Below are positions 8,520 to 16,993 of a DNA stretch of 64,000 bases, in pieces (positions within the stretch are counted from its first letter, which is position 1; every line of letters begins with the position of its first letter). The position numbers and the translations under genes were made by a program. The stretch comes from an archaeon (GTDB lineage: Archaea > Nanobdellota > Nanobdellia > Pacearchaeales > GW2011-AR1), in contig JABIDC010000009.1 in the NCBI GenBank assembly GCA_018651925.1, positions 80,403 through 144,402 of the forward strand, in the 5' to 3' direction. The notes under the pieces are model-generated. The model ran no database searches and was not told the DNA's origin. It saw nothing but the letters and a program-made list of their open reading frames with translations.

Positions 8520-10234
8520 ATTAATTCTTTTTTTATTATTTCTACCACCTTTTCACTTGATTTGCCCTCAAAAATGATATTTTCTTTTATATCTTTTTTC
8601 TTAAATGGAATAAAAGATTTTATCTGCTTTTTAATTTCGGATTCTAACGCTTTTTCAGTGTACACAACATTCACTCCAGGAAATTTTTTGTAGGAATTTA
8701 CTTTATCTAAATCTGGATAGGATAATGAAATAAGTGCATTTCCAAGCAAGCACGCTTCAACTCCCATGGTGCTATGATTTACAATCACTCCTGCTGCTTC
8801 ACTCAATAATTTAGGATTATCTGTTTTTTCTATTATCTCATAGTTGTCAAACTCTTCAGATTTTGCAACCAAAGGAATAATTTCTTTTAATTCCCAATTA
8901 GGACGAATTTTTAAAATTAATTTATAATCTGGAATTTTTTTCATTACTCTAAACATCTTTTTAAGAAGTTCTTTTTGTCTTTTTCTCGTTAAATGTGTAT
9001 CTGGAAGCATTACTCTTTCGTTTGTTATTTCCATGGCATATACTATTTCTTTTTTATTTCTTTTTGCAGAATTCCATTCAAACGAATCATATCTTGGGCA
9101 ACCAACTGATAAAACCTTTGTTTTTTTGGAACAATTTTTCTCTATTGCTTTTTTTGAAACATTCCCAAAAACAAAATAATAATCTGCATAGGTAAAAGTT
9201 CCTACTCCATATGTCATCAAACCATGTTGGAACACACAAGTTTTTACACCAAATTTATTTGCTAATTTTATAATTCCTCTAGATAAAGGAGCACTGTCTT
9301 CACTTAAAAAAATTAAATCAATTTTCTTTTTATTAAATAAGGAATAAGCTTCTTCCAAAGCTCTTAGAACATTTGTTATCTTTAATTCTAGCAAGGTATA
9401 AATATTTTCTATTATATACAGTTGTCTTTCTTTTTCAATATGGATTGACGAACCCAATTCTTTTTTAAAATTAGATAAATCTTCTTGAAAAGTTTTTTGC
9501 AAAGGTGATTCTTGTCCAGAAAATTCATAAAAAGGAGCATAAATGCCTCTAATAAAAAAACTTTTTCTCAACCGATCACTAAAATCAATTATTTTATTTT
9601 TTGATAATTTATTAATTAAATCCATAAAATAAATCTTTCCCCCCGAGGTGAAAATTTTATTTTTATTTTTTGAAAGGCCTATTCTTAATAAAGTTAAAAA
9701 TTTTTGAACAGAACTTATAGGATAGAGAATAAGCGATTTAGATTTTTTGGAAAGGAGGGCTCCCTTATAGTTTACTAAAATTATTTTTCCTGAATAATTT
9801 TCTTTGGCTAATAAAAAAATATTTTCTTTCCCAAATCCATTTTTAGAATTGAAGACTATTATTTTTTTTGGTTTCTCTAACTCAATTATTTTCTTAAAGA
9901 GAAGGGAATATTTTTTTGAATTTGCTAAAATAATAAAAATATCATAATAAAATAATTCTAAAACTGGGATTTCCCGATATTTTAAATTTGATTTTTTTAT
10001 TATTTTCCAAGTATCTTTCATGGCTTCCGAACTAATATTTTTTAGATTTATTTTATCTTCATAGTCTTCATCTTTTTTAAAAGAGATATGATTTTCCAAA
10101 AGTATTTTTTCTACTTCAAAATTAAATGAAATTGGTAGCACCCCTTTATATTTTGACTTATTTTTTAAATAGTTTTCAACTTGAAATTTATTTTCTAAAA
10201 AGATTAAATTTGATACGCTTTTTCCATCTTTCAT
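8516..10234 (-). CDS. Orphan 572-aa protein with a possible GT-B-like (KpsS/TagF-type) C-terminal half; candidate sugar-acid transferase
   Basis: Long clean ORF with an ATG start. VFQHGLMTYG...VGCPRYD and VIVNHSTMGVEACLLGNALISL resemble capsule-synthesis and glycerophosphotransferase-type GT-B proteins. The 3-prime end converges on, and overlaps by 4 nt, the CMP-sugar synthetase gene. Function is inferred only. Confidence 0.4.
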   Translation of the reverse strand: MKDGKSVSNLIFLENKFQVENYLKNKSKYKGVLPISFNFEVEKILLENHISFKKDEDYEDKINLKNISSEAMKDTWKIIKKSNLKYREIPVLELFYYDIFIILANSKKYSLLFKKIIELEKPKKIIVFNSKNGFGKENIFLLAKENYSGKIILVNYKGALLSKKSKSLILYPISSVQKFLTLLRIGLSKNKNKIFTSGGKIYFMDLINKLSKNKIIDFSDRLRKSFFIRGIYAPFYEFSGQESPLQKTFQEDLSNFKKELGSSIHIEKERQLYIIENIYTLLELKITNVLRALEEAYSLFNKKKIDLIFLSEDSAPLSRGIIKLANKFGVKTCVFQHGLMTYGVGTFTYADYYFVFGNVSKKAIEKNCSKKTKVLSVGCPRYDSFEWNSAKRNKKEIVYAMEITNERVMLPDTHLTRKRQKELLKKMFRVMKKIPDYKLILKIRPNWELKEIIPLVAKSEEFDNYEIIEKTDNPKLLSEAAGVIVNHSTMGVEACLLGNALISLSYPDLDKVNSYKKFPGVNVVYTEKALESEIKKQIKSFIPFKKKDIKENIIFEGKSSEKVVEIIKKELI

Positions 10235-10264
10235 AAGTTTTATTAGGGAACTTTCTTTTTAAAA

Positions 10265-10924
10265 ATGATGGATAAAGAAAAACAATTTAAGGAATACGAT
10301 AAAACATATAACAAATATGTTTATTCAAAAATTAACAAAAATAAAAAGGTACTAGATTTGGGATGTAATACTGGGCTTCTTGGGGAGGCATTAAAAAAAA
10401 ATAAAAATTGTATTGTTTATGGGGCAGATTATTCTAAAGAAGCAATAATTCTAGCAAAAAAAAGATTAGATTATTCCGTTGTGTGCAATTTAGAGAAAGA
10501 GGTTCCATTTGAATCTGAGAAGTTTGATGTAATTGTTTTAGCAGATATCCTTGAACATTTGAAAGATCCCGAAAATCTTTTAAACAAAATAAAAAATCTC
10601 TTAAAAAAAGAGGGAGTCATTATTTCTTGCATCCCAAATGTGGCAAATATAAATATTCGATTTCAACTCCTTTTTGGAAAGTGGGATTATAAAAAATCTG
10701 GAATTTTAGATAAAACACATTTAAGGTTTTTTACTAAAAAAACAATGAAATTACTTTTTGAAAATAAAGGCTATAAAATCATTAAAATTGATTCAACTCC
10801 GGGTTTTGAATTTTTTTGTTTGTATCATTTTAAGATTCTAAAAAGGATAAAAGAAAATCTTTGTAATATTTATCCCTCTCTCTTTGCAAATCAATTTATC
10901 ATTCTTTCGAAAAAGAATCAATAG
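10265..10924 (+). CDS. Class I SAM-dependent methyltransferase
   Basis: VLDLGCNTGLLGEAL motif I, VIVLADILEHL and EGVIISCIPN motifs. Confidence 0.8.
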   Translation: MMDKEKQFKEYDKTYNKYVYSKINKNKKVLDLGCNTGLLGEALKKNKNCIVYGADYSKEAIILAKKRLDYSVVCNLEKEVPFESEKFDVIVLADILEHLKDPENLLNKIKNLLKKEGVIISCIPNVANINIRFQLLFGKWDYKKSGILDKTHLRFFTKKTMKLLFENKGYKIIKIDSTPGFEFFCLYHFKILKRIKENLCNIYPSLFANQFIILSKKNQ

Positions 10925-11786
10925 CTCCTTTTATAATTTTTGTGAGGTAAAATTTCCTCCCCTTAAATTTGGAATAAATAAATCTCGGGAAGATTAAGGA
11001 GAAGTAAATAATGCTACCAATGATATAATTTAATTTAGGTTGAGTTCTTTTTAATAGTAATAACCAATTTCTTGATCCATAGTATGCACAAAGGGGCCCA
11101 ACTTCTTTAACGGATCTTGAGACCTTGTGCCAAATTTTGGATTTAGGGATTATCATTGAAAAATACCCTCTTTGATTTGCTTTAATGCACCACCCAGACA
11201 TTTCATGCATTATGAAAAAATCTTTTTCAAGGAGGCATATTTTGTTTAGAAGAGAATTTCTTATTAGATAAGCTCCATCCAATGCATCAACTATTTTGTT
11301 TTTAGAATTTACTTTATAATCAAGTTCGTTTTGAAATGAATTTTTAAAACCAATCAAATTAAATTTTACTCCTGTGTTCCAAATTCTTTTTTTATCCGAA
11401 TAATAATATATTCTTGGCCCAGCAGCAGCTAATTTTTTATTTTTTTCCATTTCAAGAATTAATAAACTGAGGAAATTTTTATCGACCACCATGTCATTAT
11501 TCATTATAAAAGAATAATTAAATTTTTCTTTTAGTGATTTCTTTAGCCCAGAGTTAAATCCTCCGGCGAGTCCCAAATTTGTTTTATTAAAAATTAAAGT
11601 AATTTTTTTATTTTTTAAGTATTTTTCCTTAAATTTTTGTTGACTTCCATCTGAAGAATTGTTATCTACAAGAAAGATTTTATAATTTTTATAGTTAATA
11701 TTCGCAATCGAATTAATTAATTCAATTGTGTCCTCTAATCCATTCCAATTTATTATTATTATTCCTACGGAAGGGGAAGGGTTCAT
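10899..11786 (-). CDS. Family 2 (GT-A) glycosyltransferase
   Basis: VGIIIINWNGLEDTIELINSI...FLVDNNSSDGS...MNNDMVV, the typical GT2 N-terminal half. Confidence 0.85.
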   Translation of the reverse strand: MNPSPSVGIIIINWNGLEDTIELINSIANINYKNYKIFLVDNNSSDGSQQKFKEKYLKNKKITLIFNKTNLGLAGGFNSGLKKSLKEKFNYSFIMNNDMVVDKNFLSLLILEMEKNKKLAAAGPRIYYYSDKKRIWNTGVKFNLIGFKNSFQNELDYKVNSKNKIVDALDGAYLIRNSLLNKICLLEKDFFIMHEMSGWCIKANQRGYFSMIIPKSKIWHKVSRSVKEVGPLCAYYGSRNWLLLLKRTQPKLNYIIGSIIYFSLIFPRFIYSKFKGRKFYLTKIIKGAIDSFSKE

Positions 11787-11994
11787 TTAATTTTTTCTCC
11801 GAAAGAATTTCTTAAACAAAATAAATATTTGTTCCTGGCAATACAAAATCCTTTATGCTCTTTTTTTACAAATTCTTTTTTTAAGAAGACAAGATTTTTC
11901 ATACCTCTCCAAGGATTTTTTCTTTTTTAAATTTAATTCGGTTCAAAAAAGGTTCAACCTATATTTTTAAAAAAGAAAAAGTTATAAATAGAAT

Positions 11995-13083
11995 ATGAAA
12001 ATTGCAATGATTTATCCTCATATAAGTTCTGAAAAAGGAATTTCTGCATATACTTCAAACTTAATAAGAAATCTTCGTTCTCAAGGGGGGCAAATCCAGG
12101 AAATTGATTTTATTTCTGGGAATCCTAATTCTCTTTTAAAAAAATTTTCTCTATTGAAAAAATGTAAAATATTGCATTTTCAACATGAGTATAATCTTTT
12201 TGGTTATTTTGGGATTCCTTATTTTTTCTTTCTTGGTTGGTTTAAATTTCTCGCAAATAAAAGAATTATTGTTACAATGCACACAGTTCTTTCTCAAAAA
12301 GAAGAATTTAATGCAGGGAGGTTAAAGAATTTTTTAAGGAAATTTCTTTATCAAACACAAAATAGGTGGATCGGGTTAACTTCTAAAAAAATTGTTGTCC
12401 ATGCAGACGCATTTAAAGAAATTTTAATAAAAGAATATTCAATCTTTCCAAATAAAATTGTTGTTCTTCCTCATGCAATTATTGAGGATATAAAGACCTC
12501 CGATAAATCGAATTCAAAAAAAGAGTTGAAATTAAATGGGAAAGTTTATCTTTTAATCGGGTCAATGGTACCAGATCATGGACACGATATAATTTTAAGA
12601 CAGGCAGGAAAGATTGACGGAACAATTTTGGTTGCAACAAATCCTTCTGCAGTAAATGATCGAAACGAGAATAAAATATTAAACTTTTTAGAAATAAATA
12701 GAAAAATAGTGAAAGAAAATGGTTTTCAAAATGTTCGTTTTGATTTAGGAGAAATTTCTTATGAAAAATGGTGGAAATACTTTTCTGCAGCAGACATAAT
12801 TCTTTTGCCATACCAGGGAGGAATTGGGAGTGGCATTTTCGCAGATGCAATGGCAATGAAAAAACCTGTTGTGGCCAGCGATATAAGATACTTTAGAGAA
12901 TTTGCAAAAAAATATGGATGTATTAAATTAGCAAAGGAGGATAGAGATTTTCCAAAAGAAATTTCAAAAGCGATGATTCCCAAAAATTATAAAAAAATGG
13001 AGGCAGAAGCAAAAAGATATTTCAAGGAAAATGGATTAACTCCAATCTCAAAAAAATATATAAAACTTTATAAAAACTTATAA
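11995..13083 (+). CDS. GT-B glycosyltransferase (GT4-like)
   Basis: 362 aa. The C-terminal region LLPYQGGIGSGIFADAMAMKKPVVASD resembles the GT4/GT1 nucleotide-sugar binding motif. An AT-rich TATA-like stretch lies about 28 nt upstream. Confidence 0.65.
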   Translation: MKIAMIYPHISSEKGISAYTSNLIRNLRSQGGQIQEIDFISGNPNSLLKKFSLLKKCKILHFQHEYNLFGYFGIPYFFFLGWFKFLANKRIIVTMHTVLSQKEEFNAGRLKNFLRKFLYQTQNRWIGLTSKKIVVHADAFKEILIKEYSIFPNKIVVLPHAIIEDIKTSDKSNSKKELKLNGKVYLLIGSMVPDHGHDIILRQAGKIDGTILVATNPSAVNDRNENKILNFLEINRKIVKENGFQNVRFDLGEISYEKWWKYFSAADIILLPYQGGIGSGIFADAMAMKKPVVASDIRYFREFAKKYGCIKLAKEDRDFPKEISKAMIPKNYKKMEAEAKRYFKENGLTPISKKYIKLYKNL

Positions 13084-13094
13084 TTTTTTAACTC

Positions 13095-14198
13095 TCATTT
13101 TATTGATTCACCATAAATTTTCTCCAATTTTTCATTTCTTCTCTCAATAGAAAACTTTCCTTTTTTGATAGTTTTTAGGCATTCTTTGGACATTTTCTCT
13201 CGAAGTTGATTATTAATGAGTAACTGGGTAGTTTTTTCAATTAATTTTTTAATTATCTCCTCTTCATAATCTCCAATTTTTTTCAAATCTAATTTTTCTT
13301 CAACATCTACAATAAAACCAGTTTTTCCTTGTTCAATAATTTCTTTTCTTGAGTTTGGTTCATCTTTTCTGTTTAAAGTTATTGTTGGTAATCCGAAAGA
13401 CATAGCCTCCAATAAAGAAAACCCAAAAGTGTCCACAAAACTGGGATATAAAAAAATATCTGAATTTAGCATGAGATCGAATAATTTTTTTTGGGGGATC
13501 AAATCATAAATTTTTAGATTAGAGTATTTTTTTTTCAACCCTTCTGGAACATCTGAAACAACAATTCCTTCAATGTTGTGGTTTTTTCTCAATCTTTCTA
13601 AAACCTCCAACGCGATAATCCCTCCCTTAAGATCAAAATATCTAGCAATAAAAATAATTTTCAATTTTTTATTTCGCGGTTTTTTTAGATCTTTAATCTC
13701 TGGAATTGCAGGATAAACCACTTCTAATTTATTTGCTATTCCGGGAAAGGTTTTCAAGATATCTTTTTTTGTATTTTCTGTCCAAGGAATAATTTTTTTA
13801 CAGTTTTTAGAGAGGATAATTTGCAGCACTTTTTTTTGAGTTTTTTTTGATTCTTTTCCAGAAAGATACATCGACCACCAAGATTCTATATCTGCCACCC
13901 ATGGCTTATTCTGATTTTTACTTAAACAATGAGCGCAATGAATCAAATCATAATTTCCTTCTGGACTTAAATGGGCATTTGGAAGAGATAAATTTAATTT
14001 ATTGATTCCTCTTCGAATATTTCTTTTTAAAAAATTTAAAATCCAAAAGACTTTTTTATTGGTTATGACTCCTTTTTGTTTCTTAATATTTTGAAATTCT
14101 ACATTTCTGGGAGGGGAAGAAACCAAATATTTGTAATACGGGCTGTCTGGAAATTTCCAGGGAGATTGTAAATAAATTTTTATTTTCTCTTTTTCCAT
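13095..14198 (-). CDS. GT-B glycosyltransferase (GT4 family)
   Basis: FLYPSFVDTFGFSLLEAMSFGLPTI...GKTGFIV motif. The track start at 14207 is TTG, so I use ATG 14198 (MEKEKIKIY). Confidence 0.75.
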   Translation of the reverse strand: MEKEKIKIYLQSPWKFPDSPYYKYLVSSPPRNVEFQNIKKQKGVITNKKVFWILNFLKRNIRRGINKLNLSLPNAHLSPEGNYDLIHCAHCLSKNQNKPWVADIESWWSMYLSGKESKKTQKKVLQIILSKNCKKIIPWTENTKKDILKTFPGIANKLEVVYPAIPEIKDLKKPRNKKLKIIFIARYFDLKGGIIALEVLERLRKNHNIEGIVVSDVPEGLKKKYSNLKIYDLIPQKKLFDLMLNSDIFLYPSFVDTFGFSLLEAMSFGLPTITLNRKDEPNSRKEIIEQGKTGFIVDVEEKLDLKKIGDYEEEIIKKLIEKTTQLLINNQLREKMSKECLKTIKKGKFSIERRNEKLEKIYGESIK

Positions 14199-14824
14199 AT
14201 TCCCCAAATTAAATAATATCCAGGAATTTTTATTTGAAAATTTAGAAAGTTTCTTTTAACTGGAATTATTTCTGATTTAATTAATTTAAAATTTTCCTTA
14301 AACAAATCAAGAAATTCTTTTTTATTTTTGTATTCTCTTTCAGGTGTTGGATCTAGGACAAATTTTCCATTATTTTTATATTTGTAAATTGCCCAAGGTT
14401 TTTTTATTACTGAAGAACAAAATAAAATCCCTTCTTTATTTAGCAAGCGACCTATTTCTTTAATCATTTTTCTATCTGAGGGCACATGTTCGATTACTTG
14501 GGAAGAATGAACAAAATCAAATTTTACATTTAGTTCTGTATCACAAACATCTCTTCTGTAAAATTTTTCTTTTGGAAATGCCTTTTTTAGGCCTTCAACT
14601 CTTCTCGGGGAGATATCTACGCCCACAATCTTTAATTTTGGAAATTCTTTCTTTAATGCGTGAATTAAAATTCCATCTCCGCAACCAAGATCAATTAAGG
14701 AATTTATTTTCTCTTTTTTAAAAACTTCTTTTAAATATAGGGGGATTGAAGAGTTTTTTAGGGGTTGGATGAAATTTTCTGAATATTCTTTGTTTCTTTT
14801 TAAAATTCTTTCTTTATCCATCAT
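14180..14824 (-). CDS. Class I SAM-dependent methyltransferase
   Basis: LIDLGCGDGILIHAL motif I, DFVHSSQVIEHV and EGILFCSS motifs. It overlaps both neighbours. Confidence 0.8.
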   Translation of the reverse strand: MMDKERILKRNKEYSENFIQPLKNSSIPLYLKEVFKKEKINSLIDLGCGDGILIHALKKEFPKLKIVGVDISPRRVEGLKKAFPKEKFYRRDVCDTELNVKFDFVHSSQVIEHVPSDRKMIKEIGRLLNKEGILFCSSVIKKPWAIYKYKNNGKFVLDPTPEREYKNKKEFLDLFKENFKLIKSEIIPVKRNFLNFQIKIPGYYLIWGIWKKRK

Positions 14825-15945
14825 TTCTTTAAAACCTCTACAACTTTTTTTGTCAACCCAACTTCCCCATAAGGATTCTTGATTGGGAGCGGTTTAAATT
14901 TAGGGTTTAAATATTCTTGAATCTTCTTTTTAGATTCCTTCACTTTCAATCCAGATAAGAATTGAAAATTGGTCTCAAGTGCTTCTTGTCTCTCAGTAGC
15001 TTTTCTAAAGAGAATACAAGGAACATTAAAAACAAGGCTCTCTTCTTGTAATGAGCCCCCATCGCAGAGAATTAATGAACAATTCTTAATCTGGTAAATA
15101 AATGAGGTATATTCCATATTAGGAATTATTTTTATCCTTTTGTTAGAGATTAATTTATCATAAAGACCAAAAGTTTTCAATTGTTTTTCGGTGCTATCAT
15201 GCATTGCAAAATAAGTAGGAAGCTCCAAAGAAGAAATAATTTCTACAATTTTGGATAATCTTGTCTTATTTTTCAGATTCTCGTGCCTATGGACTACCAC
15301 CAATGCAAATTTCTCTTTATTCAACCTCTTTGTTTTATTTTTTTTAGCCATTTCAAAAGAAAGATGAATCGAATCAACCACTGTATTTCCTAATTGAATA
15401 ATATTCTTCTTACCCACATATTTCTTTAAATTATTCTTTGATCTTTTTGAAACTGCAAAAAGAATGTCAGAAAATTTTCCTGCAATTATTCTAGAAATCT
15501 CTTCTGGGAAGGGTTCAAAATATTTCTCACTTCGAAGCCCAGCTTCTAGATGAACATTTTTATATTTTTTAAATGGATTAAGAAGTTTTGAAGAACCAAT
15601 TGCTGCGGCAGAAGTAGTCATAGTGTCCCCGTGGTAAAGAACATATTTCAAATTCTTTAATTTTTTTAGTTCTTTTCTAATTAAGAAAACATTTAGAAGG
15701 GCAAATCCAATTGATTTTTGATTTATTTTTGACCAAAGTTTAGTTGTTTTTTCTGGTTCAAGAGTCAAAACCGCATCTGGCTTTTTAACATTAAATTTCT
15801 CGCAAAGATTTTGAAGATTATGTTGTCCAGTGTGAATAAAATAATAGGGAATTTTTTGTTTTTTTAGTTCTTGCATTACGGGAAAAGTTTTTATCAATTC
15901 TGCTCTAGTCCCAATAATTATTGCAATTTTAGATTTATTTACCAT
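14821..15945 (-). CDS. UDP-N-acetylglucosamine 2-epimerase, WecB-like (probably non-hydrolysing)
   Basis: IIIGTRAELIKTFPV, HTGQH, YHGDTMTT, HLEAGLRS..EPFPEE and CDGGSLQEE motifs follow the WecB/MnaA pattern rather than the NeuC one. Confidence 0.8.
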   Translation of the reverse strand: MVNKSKIAIIIGTRAELIKTFPVMQELKKQKIPYYFIHTGQHNLQNLCEKFNVKKPDAVLTLEPEKTTKLWSKINQKSIGFALLNVFLIRKELKKLKNLKYVLYHGDTMTTSAAAIGSSKLLNPFKKYKNVHLEAGLRSEKYFEPFPEEISRIIAGKFSDILFAVSKRSKNNLKKYVGKKNIIQLGNTVVDSIHLSFEMAKKNKTKRLNKEKFALVVVHRHENLKNKTRLSKIVEIISSLELPTYFAMHDSTEKQLKTFGLYDKLISNKRIKIIPNMEYTSFIYQIKNCSLILCDGGSLQEESLVFNVPCILFRKATERQEALETNFQFLSGLKVKESKKKIQEYLNPKFKPLPIKNPYGEVGLTKKVVEVLKK

Positions 15946-15969
15946 GATAAGTTTAATTAAAAATATTTT

Positions 15970-16992
15970 TTAAAGATATGTGTCTTTTTTCAAATCTTCT
16001 TTAACCATTTCTTCAACTAATTTTTTAAAAGCGATTTTTGGTTTCCATCCAAGCTCATTTTTTGCTTTTGAAGAATCTCCAAGGAGCAAATCAACTTCCG
16101 CTGGTCGATAAAAGTCCGGGTTTATTTTAACAACCCTTTTTCCATTATCTTTTCTAAAATATTCTTCTGATATTCCCGCTTTCCCATTACTTTCTATTTC
16201 AATTCCTGCAGCAAGAAATGCTTCTTCAAGAAATTCTCTAACAGAATGAGTTTCTCCTGTGGAGAGGACATAGTCACGCGGAGTTTCTTTTTGAAGCATC
16301 ATCCACATCCCTTCAACATAATCTTTTGCATGTCCCCAGTCTCTCTTTGAATTCAAGTTCCCAAGTTCAATTTCTTTTTGAAGTCCTTTTTTTATTTTTG
16401 CGACTGCAAGAGTAATTTTTCTTGTAACAAATTCTTTCCCCCTTCTAGGAGATTCATGATTAAAAAGAATCCCATTACATGAAAAAAGGCCATAGCTTTC
16501 TAGATAATTTCTTGAAATCCAAAGAGAGAATAATTTGGCGCAACCATATGGGCTACGAGGATGAAAAGGAGTTGTTTCTGTTTGAGGAGTTTCCTTCACT
16601 TTACCAAATAGTTCAGAGGTTGATGCTTGATAAAATTTTGTTTTCCTTGTAAGGTTTGCTTGTCTTATTGCTTCAAGAAGATTTAGTGTGCCAATTCCTG
16701 TTACTTCTGCAGTATATTCTGGAATTTTAAAACTCACCCCTACATGGCTTTGTGCTGCAAGATTATATACTTCATCTGGCATAATCTCCCTGATAATTTC
16801 TTTTGTTTTTCCTGAGTCAGTAAGATCTCCATAAACTAAATTTATCTTCTCTTTTATGTGATCAATCCTAGAAGTATTTGAAGTTGAACTCATTCTTATT
16901 AATCCGTAAACAGAATATCCTTTTTTAAGAAGTAATTCGGCTAAATAAGATCCATCTTGCCCCGTAATTCCGGTTATGAATGCTTTTTTCAT
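15970..16992 (-). CDS. gmd: GDP-mannose 4,6-dehydratase
   Basis: Near-colinear with classical Gmd: [64 protein letters not shown] and [14 protein letters not shown]. Confidence 0.95.
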   Translation of the reverse strand: MKKAFITGITGQDGSYLAELLLKKGYSVYGLIRMSSTSNTSRIDHIKEKINLVYGDLTDSGKTKEIIREIMPDEVYNLAAQSHVGVSFKIPEYTAEVTGIGTLNLLEAIRQANLTRKTKFYQASTSELFGKVKETPQTETTPFHPRSPYGCAKLFSLWISRNYLESYGLFSCNGILFNHESPRRGKEFVTRKITLAVAKIKKGLQKEIELGNLNSKRDWGHAKDYVEGMWMMLQKETPRDYVLSTGETHSVREFLEEAFLAAGIEIESNGKAGISEEYFRKDNGKRVVKINPDFYRPAEVDLLLGDSSKAKNELGWKPKIAFKKLVEEMVKEDLKKDTYL

Positions 16993-16993
16993 T

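Noticed and set aside
14821-15945. Reading the epimerase as NeuC, which would complete a simple NeuC-NeuB-NeuA sialic acid pathway
   Set aside because: The motifs (HTGQH, HGDT, EAGLRS..PFPEE) match non-hydrolysing WecB-type enzymes better than hydrolysing NeuC-type ones. The Neu5Ac interpretation is therefore not supported from sequence alone, and phylogeny could revisit it.
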